Below, piece by piece: positions 39,216-47,881 of a stretch of DNA of 64,000 nucleotides. The translations under genes were made by a program, and so were the position numbers. The DNA comes from Clostridia bacterium. Its GTDB lineage: Bacteria; Bacillota; Clostridia; Oscillospirales; CAG-272. Position 1 is the stretch's first letter, and each line of letters starts with the position of its first letter. The notes beneath the pieces were generated by a model. It did not search any database. It had not been told where the DNA came from and saw only the letters and a program-made list of their open reading frames with translations. The stretch is taken from NCBI GenBank assembly GCA_029007295.1, contig JAQXHN010000014.1, positions 58,813 to 122,812 of the forward strand, written 5' to 3'.

Positions 39216-39575
39216 ATGATGTTCGGAAAAAAGAAAAAAATCGAACCTGCCTCACAGGAAAAGAAAGAAAAGCCGATCCCCTCTTATCTTTGCGAAGATT
39301 ATCCGTATAAAGCGATAGGGCAACGGATTACGGACCTTGATTCTCTAAAGCAAAACGGCGTTGTTTATGAAATTATGTGTCCAGAATGCAAGCTCAGTAT
39401 TCGCTCGCAGGGCTGTAATATTAAGACTGCATACGAAAAAATGATGAATGAAAAGGGATGTGTCGGCTGCGGCGGCAGGGAGCTTATTGTCAAGGAAGTC
39501 TGTATGAGCAAAACAACCGACGATCAATCGGAAGGCTTATCAAGCCGGTGCTTCGATAAAACCGACAATATTTAA
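39216..39575 (+). CDS. hypothetical small protein with CxxC...CxxC zinc-ribbon
   Basis: 119 aa with a Lys-rich N-terminus and CPECK...CVGCGG. The stop is 1 nt before the next gene's ATG. Confidence 0.5.
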   Translation: MMFGKKKKIEPASQEKKEKPIPSYLCEDYPYKAIGQRITDLDSLKQNGVVYEIMCPECKLSIRSQGCNIKTAYEKMMNEKGCVGCGGRELIVKEVCMSKTTDDQSEGLSSRCFDKTDNI

Positions 39576-39576
39576 A

Positions 39577-40719
39577 ATGGACAAAAATAAATGCCTCGAT
39601 ATTTTTTTCGCTCTTTTGACTTCTCAGCTGACCGGCGGCAATAAGGTCAGCCTTGACGGTATCACGGAGGAAGAGATAGGCTATATTTTTTCGCTTGCAA
39701 AAGCTCATGAGCTTTTGCCGATAGTATTATCGGCCGTTTCGCACTCCGACAGCCGTTTTGCAAAAAGCTCTGCCGTAAAAAACGGCATATATAAAGCAAT
39801 AGGAATTCATGAAAGAAAGCTTACCGCCAAGGATACAATCGTCGGCATTTTGGAAGCGGAAAAAATTGATTATATACTGTTAAAGGGAAGTGCGATAAGC
39901 AGCTTATATCCCGTTTATTGGTGGCGTACCTTCGGTGACATTGACATCCTGATAAAAAGGGAGGATGTCTTAAGGGCAACGGACGCTTTGAAAAGAAAAA
40001 GTGATTTCCTGATAACGGTAAGCGGATATAAAGACATTCAAATTTTATATTGCTCTAACGAAAAAATAGAATTGCATTTGTCTCTGTCTGGTATTAACGG
40101 CAATAAGGCTTCGTGCGTGCTTGACAGAGTGTGGGATTATTCCGTCAGAAAAAATAAAGACGTAAGCGAACATGTTTTAAATGACGAAATGCTTTTCTTC
40201 TATCATTTATCGCATATGGCCTCCCATTTTCAAAACGGGGGCTGCGGTATAAGATTCTTTTGCGATTATTATCTGTTACTGAAAAACAAAGATTGCGATT
40301 TTAATAAATTAAACGAAATGCTCAGACAAGCGGGTCTTGAAAAATTTGCAGACTGTGTTTTACGGATATGTAATATGTGGTTTGAAGGAAAAAACGACGA
40401 CGGTGTTAAGGAGACTGCCGAGTATATTATTTCTACCGGAAATTTCGGCACAAGGAAAACGTTTCTCGGAACTAAGTGCTCTCAAAAGGGGACGTTCAGA
40501 TATGTTTTGTCGAGGATATTTATTTCTCACGCAGAGCTGTGCGAATTATATCCGAGCTTGAAAGAGAAAAAATATAAGGCTCCCGTTTTCAGAATCAAAT
40601 ATTTGGGTTCTGTTTTTTTCGACCGTAATCGCTTTACCCGCGCTGCGAAGGATTATCTTAAAATAAATAAAAACGACAAAAATAAAATAAAACGGATTTT
40701 AGATACAGTCGGGTTATAA
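39577..40719 (+). CDS. uncharacterised nucleotidyltransferase family protein (NTP_transf_5-like)
   Basis: LLKGSAISSLYPVYWWRTFGDIDILI is the characteristic G[SA]..(x)..DIDxL nucleotidyltransferase block. Confidence 0.65.
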   Translation: MDKNKCLDIFFALLTSQLTGGNKVSLDGITEEEIGYIFSLAKAHELLPIVLSAVSHSDSRFAKSSAVKNGIYKAIGIHERKLTAKDTIVGILEAEKIDYILLKGSAISSLYPVYWWRTFGDIDILIKREDVLRATDALKRKSDFLITVSGYKDIQILYCSNEKIELHLSLSGINGNKASCVLDRVWDYSVRKNKDVSEHVLNDEMLFFYHLSHMASHFQNGGCGIRFFCDYYLLLKNKDCDFNKLNEMLRQAGLEKFADCVLRICNMWFEGKNDDGVKETAEYIISTGNFGTRKTFLGTKCSQKGTFRYVLSRIFISHAELCELYPSLKEKKYKAPVFRIKYLGSVFFDRNRFTRAAKDYLKINKNDKNKIKRILDTVGL

Positions 40720-40759
40720 TTGTATTTAATTGAGAATCCGAAGCTCGAAAGGAAGAATA

Positions 40760-41734
40760 ATGGAAATAAATTCCGAAAATAATCAAACAGTGTCTTTCAA
40801 TCAGAACACGGAAAAAAGAAGCGTTTCTTCAAATGATAGGCAGAGCGAGGCTTTATCGTTTAATATCATTGATTTTTTTGAAGTTCTTCTTAAAAGATTA
40901 TGGATTATCATTCTTGTAGGTGCCATGGTTACCGTTGGAATCTACTACAGAGACAAGAAGAATTACACGCCGAGATATACCTCAACAGCAACGCTGTATA
41001 TGCTGTTTGAGAATCAGGTAAGCGACAATGCGTCTTATGCGTACAATTTTGCCAAGGCCCTGATAGGGGATATTCAGTATTGTATTATCAGCTCGCCGAC
41101 GGCAAAGATTACATACGACAGGCTAAAGGATTACAATATCAGCTACAACGAGATATACGGCTCTGTTTCAACCGAAAATCCGGAGGATACGAGATACGTT
41201 TTGGTAACGTCAGTTGCCTCCTCTCCGGAAAAGGCAAAGCTTATTGTAAATACAATATGTCAGGTCTGCAAGGAAAAAATGAAGGAGGATACCGGAGACG
41301 AGGTAGTAAACATTTCAGCTCCCGGGGAAGAGGTTAACACGCCTATAAATGCCGTCTCCATAAACAGGGGTCTGAAATACGGACTTATTTCGTCGGCGCT
41401 GTTGTTGGCGGTGTTCTATGTCCTGCGCATGTTTGACGACAGATTCAGAGACGAATACGATATGGAAAAAACCTTGAACGTTACCTTGCTCGGATCAATT
41501 CCCGACGCAAATTCCGCAGTATCCGGAAAGTATTCACGTTACGGTAAACGAAGAAGAAAATACAAATACGGCGGAAAATACGGCTACGGTTACGGCTACG
41601 GTTATACCTACGGCTACGGCTCCGCATACGGCGGAAGAGAAAGAACCTCTTTGACAAAGACCGCCGACAAAAAGATGAAGAAGAAAAACAAAAAGACGCA
41701 CGACAAAAATTCTGTAGATTCGGAGGCACAGTGA
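40760..41734 (+). CDS. Wzz/CpsC/YwqC-like chain-length determinant (BY-kinase transmembrane modulator) with atypical Tyr/Gly-rich C-terminal tail
   Basis: Two TM helices flank an extracytoplasmic domain. The juxtamembrane DEYDMEKTLNVTLLGSIP motif normally ends such modulators, but here it is followed by about 70 extra aa including KYKYGGKYGYGYGYGYTYGYGSAYGG. Confidence 0.8.
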   Translation: MEINSENNQTVSFNQNTEKRSVSSNDRQSEALSFNIIDFFEVLLKRLWIIILVGAMVTVGIYYRDKKNYTPRYTSTATLYMLFENQVSDNASYAYNFAKALIGDIQYCIISSPTAKITYDRLKDYNISYNEIYGSVSTENPEDTRYVLVTSVASSPEKAKLIVNTICQVCKEKMKEDTGDEVVNISAPGEEVNTPINAVSINRGLKYGLISSALLLAVFYVLRMFDDRFRDEYDMEKTLNVTLLGSIPDANSAVSGKYSRYGKRRRKYKYGGKYGYGYGYGYTYGYGSAYGGRERTSLTKTADKKMKKKNKKTHDKNSVDSEAQ

Positions 41735-41735
41735 T

Positions 41736-42398
41736 ATGGAAAATACTCAGAAGAAAATAAAAGTCACTGTCCCCGGGCAGGATAGCTACTTTATGCAGGA
41801 GGCTGTTAAGGTTATCAGAACCAATCTTGAATTTTGCGGACGGGATATCAAGACAATAGCCTTTACAAGCTACGGAGAAAACGAAGGAAAGACCACGGTT
41901 TCCGTCTTTATAGCAAAGAGCCTGGCGGAGCTCGGCAAAAAAGTTTTGTTTGTGGACGCAGATATGAGAAAATCGGTTTTTGCGGTAAGAAACACCGATT
42001 CCACCGATTACTCAGGTCTTAGCGAGGTGCTCAGCGGAATAAAGGCCCTTGACGAATGTATCCGTGAAACGACGCAGGACGGACTTTATATTCTGCAGTC
42101 CGGAAAATACCCACCGAATCCTGTCGAACTGATTAACAGCAAGTATTTTGAAGATTTGATTGTCAACTCTAAACAGATATTTGACTACGTCATTATCGAC
42201 ACGCCTCCCATAGGCTATACCATTGACGCCGCAATCATTTCCGGAATTTCCGACGGTGTTGTTATCATTATAGGTGACCCGAATCTGAAAAGGCGCCAGG
42301 CGAAATCAATGATGACTCAGCTAAGCAAAGCAAACTGTCACATTCTCGGGCTCATCAGAAACAATATAAAAAGACAGTCAAAAAAAAGGTACAGATAA
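41736..42398 (+). CDS. CpsD/CapB/YwqD-family bacterial tyrosine kinase (cytoplasmic subunit) lacking a C-terminal Tyr cluster
   Basis: Walker A GENEGKTT, Walker A' VLFVDADMRK, Walker B YVIIDTPP. The C-terminus ...NNIKRQSKKRYR has a single Tyr. Confidence 0.85.
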   Translation: MENTQKKIKVTVPGQDSYFMQEAVKVIRTNLEFCGRDIKTIAFTSYGENEGKTTVSVFIAKSLAELGKKVLFVDADMRKSVFAVRNTDSTDYSGLSEVLSGIKALDECIRETTQDGLYILQSGKYPPNPVELINSKYFEDLIVNSKQIFDYVIIDTPPIGYTIDAAIISGISDGVVIIIGDPNLKRRQAKSMMTQLSKANCHILGLIRNNIKRQSKKRYR

Positions 42399-42434
42399 AG
42401 GAAACAAAAAATAGAATAAAACGGAGAAAGAACA

Positions 42435-44399
42435 ATGAAGTGGATTGAACGGCTTCTGATCAATATCAGCAAGCGAGTTCACGGAAGGGCTCGAATTGCG
42501 GTGTTGATCCTCGTAGATTTTGCTATTTTTGCATTGATTGACTCTATTTATTATCTCGCTTCACAACATTTATATTCTGATCCTATGCATTCGTCGTTTG
42601 AATTATATTTGAACGGCTCCGTTATACTGCTTTTATGCACTTTTGCTACCAGAATCATTACGAGAATATACAGAAATGTATGGAGATTTCCCAATACCGG
42701 CGCATATCTGAAATTAATCCTTTCAGATGCTGTTGCCACGTTAATTGCAATAATAATAAGCGAGGTTATCGGCAAATACGCAGGAATATGGCATTTTGTT
42801 ACGGTAATTTCTCTCTCATTGCTTTTGACCCTGATATCAAGATTTATATACCGCATTTTATACAAGAAGCTATATAAGACCGAGAATATGGGAGAAGAAA
42901 CCGACCGAAAGCTGACAAATGTGGCGATTGTCGGTGCGGGACAGCTCGGCGTATATCTTGCGAAGGAAATAAGCAACGATTACACGCTCGGATATAAAGT
43001 TTGCTGCTTTATAGATATCGATAACGAAAAGACCGGCGGTTATATTTCCGGTATCAAGATCGAGAATTCCGGCGAAATGCAAAAAATAGTCAGTCGATAT
43101 TCGATAGAAAAATTTATTATAGCAATAGATAAAATATCTAATCAGGCGCTGACAAATCTCTATAATCGATGTAATTCCTTCGGATGCGACGTAAAAATTT
43201 TCGACGCTCCGTTCAGAAAAGAAAATGAGTACGAAAAAACGAACACAAAAAAAGTCATACGCGATTTTACAATAGAGGATTTGCTTTTCCGCGATCAGGT
43301 AAAACTGCTTGAAAAAGATGTAATTGACTATTATTCCGGCAAAACGGTGATGATTACCGGGGGCGGTGGCTCTATCGGAAGCGAAATATGCAGACAGATT
43401 GCAAAATGCAATCCGAAAAGGATAATAATATTCGATATTTACGAAAACAACGCATATGATATTCAGCAGGAGCTTACGCTGAAATATAACGATAAGCTTG
43501 ATCTGCGAGTTGAAATCGGCTCGGTTAGAGATTACGACAGATTGAGCGCTGTTTTTGATTATTACAGACCGGAAATAGTGTTTCATGCCGCAGCGCATAA
43601 GCACGTGCCCCTGATGGAGCACTGCGTATGCGAGGCTATTAAGAACAATGTGCTTGGTACATACAATACCGTAAATGTCGCAGAAAAATATGAGGTTGAA
43701 AAATTCATAATGATTTCTACCGACAAGGCGGTGAATCCTACTAACGTTATGGGAGCCTCCAAACGGATATGCGAGATGATTGTCCGTTCGCATTCCGATT
43801 CAAGGACATGCTTTTCCGCTGTCAGGTTCGGGAACGTATTAGGCTCGAACGGCTCGGTCATCCCGTTATTCAGAAGACAAATCGAAGCCGGCGGTCCGGT
43901 TACAATTACCGATAAGAGAATTATTCGATACTTTATGACAATTCCGGAGGCAAGTCAGCTTGTGCTGACGGCGGGCAGTATGGCAAAGTCCGACGAGCTG
44001 TTTGTGCTTGATATGGGCAATCCCGTTAAGATTTACGATTTATGCGTTAATATGATCCGTCTTATGGGATATGAGCCCGATAAGGATATAGAGATAAGGG
44101 AAATTGGGCTGAGACCCGGCGAAAAGCTTTACGAGGAGCTTTTGGTTCAGAGCAAGAATTTGTCAAAAACCGATAATGACAGAATCTTTATCGAGCATGA
44201 GGCTCCCGTTGACACAGTCGCTATGGCGGAAAATCTGAACAAGCTGTTCCTTGCGGTTGAAAATAACAAGAATACTCTTGATATGAGTGAAATATACGAT
44301 ACGATACGGTCGGTGGTTCCTACCTTCCGCAGTCCGGACTATGTAAATAAAAACGCACTGGACTCAATGGAAATGAAGCTTGTAAACAGCGGCATTTAA
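42435..44399 (+). CDS. capD: membrane-bound polysaccharide biosynthesis protein CapD/PglF/WbpM-type (UDP-GlcNAc 4,6-dehydratase family)
   Basis: 4 N-terminal TM helices, two Rossmann regions (VGAGQLG; ITGGGGSIGSE), and an SDR catalytic region. Confidence 0.88.
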   Translation: MKWIERLLINISKRVHGRARIAVLILVDFAIFALIDSIYYLASQHLYSDPMHSSFELYLNGSVILLLCTFATRIITRIYRNVWRFPNTGAYLKLILSDAVATLIAIIISEVIGKYAGIWHFVTVISLSLLLTLISRFIYRILYKKLYKTENMGEETDRKLTNVAIVGAGQLGVYLAKEISNDYTLGYKVCCFIDIDNEKTGGYISGIKIENSGEMQKIVSRYSIEKFIIAIDKISNQALTNLYNRCNSFGCDVKIFDAPFRKENEYEKTNTKKVIRDFTIEDLLFRDQVKLLEKDVIDYYSGKTVMITGGGGSIGSEICRQIAKCNPKRIIIFDIYENNAYDIQQELTLKYNDKLDLRVEIGSVRDYDRLSAVFDYYRPEIVFHAAAHKHVPLMEHCVCEAIKNNVLGTYNTVNVAEKYEVEKFIMISTDKAVNPTNVMGASKRICEMIVRSHSDSRTCFSAVRFGNVLGSNGSVIPLFRRQIEAGGPVTITDKRIIRYFMTIPEASQLVLTAGSMAKSDELFVLDMGNPVKIYDLCVNMIRLMGYEPDKDIEIREIGLRPGEKLYEELLVQSKNLSKTDNDRIFIEHEAPVDTVAMAENLNKLFLAVENNKNTLDMSEIYDTIRSVVPTFRSPDYVNKNALDSMEMKLVNSGI

Positions 44400-44432
44400 T
44401 TTTATAAAATTAATGAATCGGGGTTTGGCATT

Positions 44433-46133
44433 ATGAATAAAAAGAGCATTGTTTTCTTTCTTTGTATTACCGCATTGTTTCTTATTTGTCAGTTTACCAT
44501 TTGTGCGGAAGATACCTTCGTCAAAATCGGAAGTGTAATGTTAACCGAAACAACAAACGATGTTTTCGGGGACGGCAGTGCGTCTTATAATCGTGAAAGC
44601 AACGTACTTACCTTAAACGGTTATAGGAGCAACGGAGCAGTATATCCTTTTGACGGCGATAAGGGTGCGGCTATTTATTCTAACGGCGACATTACCCTAA
44701 GGCTTACGGGTGAAAACACGGTTGAGAACGATATCCCCACCTCGGCTTCTTTTGCGATTTATATTGACGGCAGTCTTACAATAGACGGTGACGGAATATT
44801 GAACGCTTCATCATTGCAAGCTGTTACGGAATCCTGCGGGATATACGCAAGTAAGGGCATTATTGTACGTTCGGGCACGGTTAGTGCCTGTTCTGCAGAT
44901 ATACCGTCGGAAATAAGCAACGGAAAAAGTGCCGGAATAATCGGCAATTCAGGTATTACCGTTAAGGGAGGAATACTCAGCGGTATCGGCGGAGAAGCTC
45001 CGTTTCGCAGCTACGGCGTTGTAGCGGATACGGTTAGAGTAAGCGGCGGAAGACTTTACGGAGAGGCAAAAAAATCAGAGTTCTCCATAGGTATTCGCTC
45101 GGACGGCTCAATTGAGTTAACCGACGGAGAAATATACGGTATCGGCGCAGATGCGTCGGATAACAGCTACGGAATTCATATAACCGAAACAGACGCAAAA
45201 TTAACGGTGGACGGCGGAAAAGCCGAATGCCGAGGCGGCAAGGACGCCTTAATAACTTCCAGCGGAATACGCATGGCGGGCGTAACGGACGGCGTTTATT
45301 TGACCGGGGGCGCAGTGCTGTGCAGCGGAGACACTTACGGGTTTGACGGGGCTAAGGGTCCATATCTTTCAAGACGGGGAAAAATCACCGCAATAGGCGG
45401 CGTTCAGGCGTATTCGACAGCGATGATATTTTCACACATGCCTCCGACGTTTCTAAATCCGAATTATGAAATAACGGTAGGCTCTAACGCCGAAAACAGC
45501 GTAAAGCTTACAAATTCTTCCGATATTTCTTTTAAAAGCAAATATATTGATATTACCTGCGCTGTGATATTTGCCGACGTCCCCGAGGACGCATGGTATG
45601 CAAAGTCGGTAAAATACTGCAGTGATAAATCCTACATGAACGGTACCGGCGAAACAGAGTTTTCCCCCTCGTCGCCTCTGACCAGAGCCATGCTTGTTCA
45701 GATACTCGCAAAGATAGAGGGGGCGGATTTGTCCGAGTACAAAGATGTTTCTTCATTTGACGACGTTTTACCGGGACGATGGTACTCGTCGGCAGTAGAG
45801 TGGGCATATCGAAACAAAATTACCGAGGGCGTCGGAAATAATTTGTTTTCGCCGAGCTCAAACGTTTCAAGAGAGCAGACGGCGGTATTCCTTCGTGCTT
45901 ATGCCCAAAGGCGGGGAACGGATATAGAAAGAACAGCGGATATTTCAAATTATCCGGACGCTTCGGAGGTTCATTCATGGGCGTTTGACGCAATGGCGTG
46001 GGCTGTCGGAAACGGACTTATCTCCGGTGTAAAATCAGGGGATACAGTAACACTGTCGCCGCTTAATCCGTCAAGCCGAGCCATGGTATCGGTAATTATA
46101 ATGAATTTCGACAGTATGTTAAAGCGCAGATAA
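44433..46133 (+). CDS. SLH-anchored surface protein with beta-helix-like repeat region
   Basis: Signal peptide, then about 8 repeats of about 28 aa (..GI.s.G.I.v.GG.l...). Three C-terminal SLH repeats (FADVPEDAWYAKSV, FDDVLPGRWYSSAV, YPDASEVHSWAFDAM). Confidence 0.75.
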   Translation: MNKKSIVFFLCITALFLICQFTICAEDTFVKIGSVMLTETTNDVFGDGSASYNRESNVLTLNGYRSNGAVYPFDGDKGAAIYSNGDITLRLTGENTVENDIPTSASFAIYIDGSLTIDGDGILNASSLQAVTESCGIYASKGIIVRSGTVSACSADIPSEISNGKSAGIIGNSGITVKGGILSGIGGEAPFRSYGVVADTVRVSGGRLYGEAKKSEFSIGIRSDGSIELTDGEIYGIGADASDNSYGIHITETDAKLTVDGGKAECRGGKDALITSSGIRMAGVTDGVYLTGGAVLCSGDTYGFDGAKGPYLSRRGKITAIGGVQAYSTAMIFSHMPPTFLNPNYEITVGSNAENSVKLTNSSDISFKSKYIDITCAVIFADVPEDAWYAKSVKYCSDKSYMNGTGETEFSPSSPLTRAMLVQILAKIEGADLSEYKDVSSFDDVLPGRWYSSAVEWAYRNKITEGVGNNLFSPSSNVSREQTAVFLRAYAQRRGTDIERTADISNYPDASEVHSWAFDAMAWAVGNGLISGVKSGDTVTLSPLNPSSRAMVSVIIMNFDSMLKRR

Positions 46134-46138
46134 ATAAT

Positions 46139-46181
46139 AAAACAGCAACCGTTACAGTCTTTATCGGTTGCTGTTTTTTTG
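46139..46181. terminator. bidirectional intrinsic terminator
   Basis: AACAGCAACCG-13 nt-CGGTTGCTGTT followed by TTTTT, with an A-rich 5' flank. Between convergent operons. Confidence 0.8.
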
Positions 46182-46221
46182 TGTGAATTTGTCGGGGAGG
46201 GCCGATTTTCGGTCGCCTCTG

Positions 46222-47418
46222 TTAACCTAAATTATAATCCGCCGCAAGCTTTGCAAAAAGAGGCAGGGAGTTTTCAATAGTTTTTGTTTCTACGCAGAAA
46301 GCAATCCTTACATAACCGGGACAGCGGAATGAATCCGTCGGAACAATAAGCAAATCATACTTTCTTGCGCTCAGGCAAAATTCGGTTGCATTTTCTATCG
46401 GAGACTTCATCAAAAGGTAGAACGTACCGCCCGGGCGTATACAGTCAAATCCCATTTCAACAAGTGAATTGTACAGTAAATCCCTGTTTCTTTCATATAC
46501 GGACATATCTGCCGTTTGCCCGTCGCATATTGAAACGACCTTTTGGAAAAGCGAAGGAGCATTAACAAAGCCCAGCATCCTTCCGGCACCGCAGACGGCG
46601 GCATAAACGTCATCGTGACCGCAAACCCTTTCGGGAACATAAATGTAACCGATACGCTCGCCCGGAATGGAAAGAGATTTGCTGTATGAATAGCAAACGA
46701 TAGTGTTGTCATAAAAATCGGGAACCCAGGGCGCACGTTTTCCGTCGAATACTATTTCACGGTACGGCTCGTCGTTAATCAAAAAAATCGGATGCCCGAT
46801 TTCCTCGGATTTCTTTCTCAACAGCTCGGAGAGCCTTGCAATAACCGCACCGTCGTAAACAACGCCGGAGGGATTATTGGGTGAATTAATTACAATGCCC
46901 TTTGTATTAATGTTGATTGCTTTTTCGATAGCTTCAAAATCAGGCATAAAATCCTTATAATCGGGTTGGCAAATAACCGCCTTTGCTCCTGCGTTTTGGA
47001 GGAAAACTTCATATTCGCTGAAAAACGGAGCCAAAAGTATAAATTCATCATCGGGCACGGTCAGCGCCTTGAAGGTGATGGTCAATGCCGCCGCCGCACC
47101 TACCGTAAAATATAAATCGTCCGGGGAAACATTACCGCCGAATCTTCTTTGCAGGGAGTCGGCAAGACGCTTTCTGTTGTCGTAGGCTCCCTGAGCGCTG
47201 GTATATGCATGAATGCTGTCGGACAATTCGCCCGAAAGAATATCTCTTACGGTGTCGTTAACAGACCTCGGAGGAGCAACGCTCGGATTTCCGAGCGAGT
47301 AATCGTAAACCTTATCGCTGCCCACCTGCGCTTTACGTTTATTTCCGTACTCAAAGGTTTCACGCATAATATTTCTCGTCCTGCCGTGTGCAAGAACATT
47401 TTCCGGAAGCTTAACCAT
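46222..47418 (-). CDS. class I/II pyridoxal-phosphate-dependent aminotransferase
   Basis: 398 aa with INSPNNPSG and YSYSKSLSIPGERIG (PLP-lysine) motifs. Last gene of the T-box operon. Confidence 0.88.
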   Translation of the reverse strand: MVKLPENVLAHGRTRNIMRETFEYGNKRKAQVGSDKVYDYSLGNPSVAPPRSVNDTVRDILSGELSDSIHAYTSAQGAYDNRKRLADSLQRRFGGNVSPDDLYFTVGAAAALTITFKALTVPDDEFILLAPFFSEYEVFLQNAGAKAVICQPDYKDFMPDFEAIEKAININTKGIVINSPNNPSGVVYDGAVIARLSELLRKKSEEIGHPIFLINDEPYREIVFDGKRAPWVPDFYDNTIVCYSYSKSLSIPGERIGYIYVPERVCGHDDVYAAVCGAGRMLGFVNAPSLFQKVVSICDGQTADMSVYERNRDLLYNSLVEMGFDCIRPGGTFYLLMKSPIENATEFCLSARKYDLLIVPTDSFRCPGYVRIAFCVETKTIENSLPLFAKLAADYNLG

Positions 47419-47434
47419 TTAAAAAATCTCCTTA

Positions 47435-47869
47435 TCAAATAATATCGAGGTCATGTTCCGATACTAAATCATAACCGTTACGGAATAACAAATTATCTAT
47501 TTCTTCGGAATTATCTGTTTTGAGAATCATATATGCGTCTCTTGTTTTTCTCGAATACAGCGAATACATATAGCTAAGGCCGACGCCTGCCTCGGACAGA
47601 ATACACAGAAGCGACGAAAGCGCCCCCGCAACATCGGGAACGGATACTGCGGTAACATGATTTACCTTGGCAACACAGCCTGCATTTTTTAAAGCGTCCA
47701 AAGCCTTATTCACATCGGAGCAGATAATCCGTAAAATACCGAAATCAAGTGAATCCGCAACTGATATGGCTCTGATATCAATACCGCTGTCTGCGAGAAT
47801 TTTCATAACCTTTGCTATTTTGCCGGGCTTGTTTTCGGCAAAAACCGAAATTTGTCTTATCTTAACCAT
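47435..47869 (-). CDS. ACT-domain (amino-acid-binding) protein
   Basis: 144 aa with two ACT-like halves (ISVFAENKPGKIAKVMKILADSGIDI..). Commonly encoded next to PaaK-type ligases. Confidence 0.75.
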   Translation of the reverse strand: MVKIRQISVFAENKPGKIAKVMKILADSGIDIRAISVADSLDFGILRIICSDVNKALDALKNAGCVAKVNHVTAVSVPDVAGALSSLLCILSEAGVGLSYMYSLYSRKTRDAYMILKTDNSEEIDNLLFRNGYDLVSEHDLDII

Positions 47870-47881
47870 ATTTCCTCCTCA

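Noticed and set aside
39216-40719. Small Cys-containing protein plus nucleotidyltransferase as a RiPP precursor/modification pair.
   Set aside because: No cyclase, radical-SAM enzyme, protease or dedicated exporter is nearby. The small protein is 119 aa with a zinc-ribbon pattern rather than a leader-core layout. The context is polysaccharide biosynthesis.
42870-43793. 307-aa minus-strand ORF.
   Set aside because: It is antisense to the well-supported CapD/PglF-type gene, has no recognisable motifs, and has skewed composition (F/I/Y/N rich) typical of the reverse frame of an AT-rich gene.
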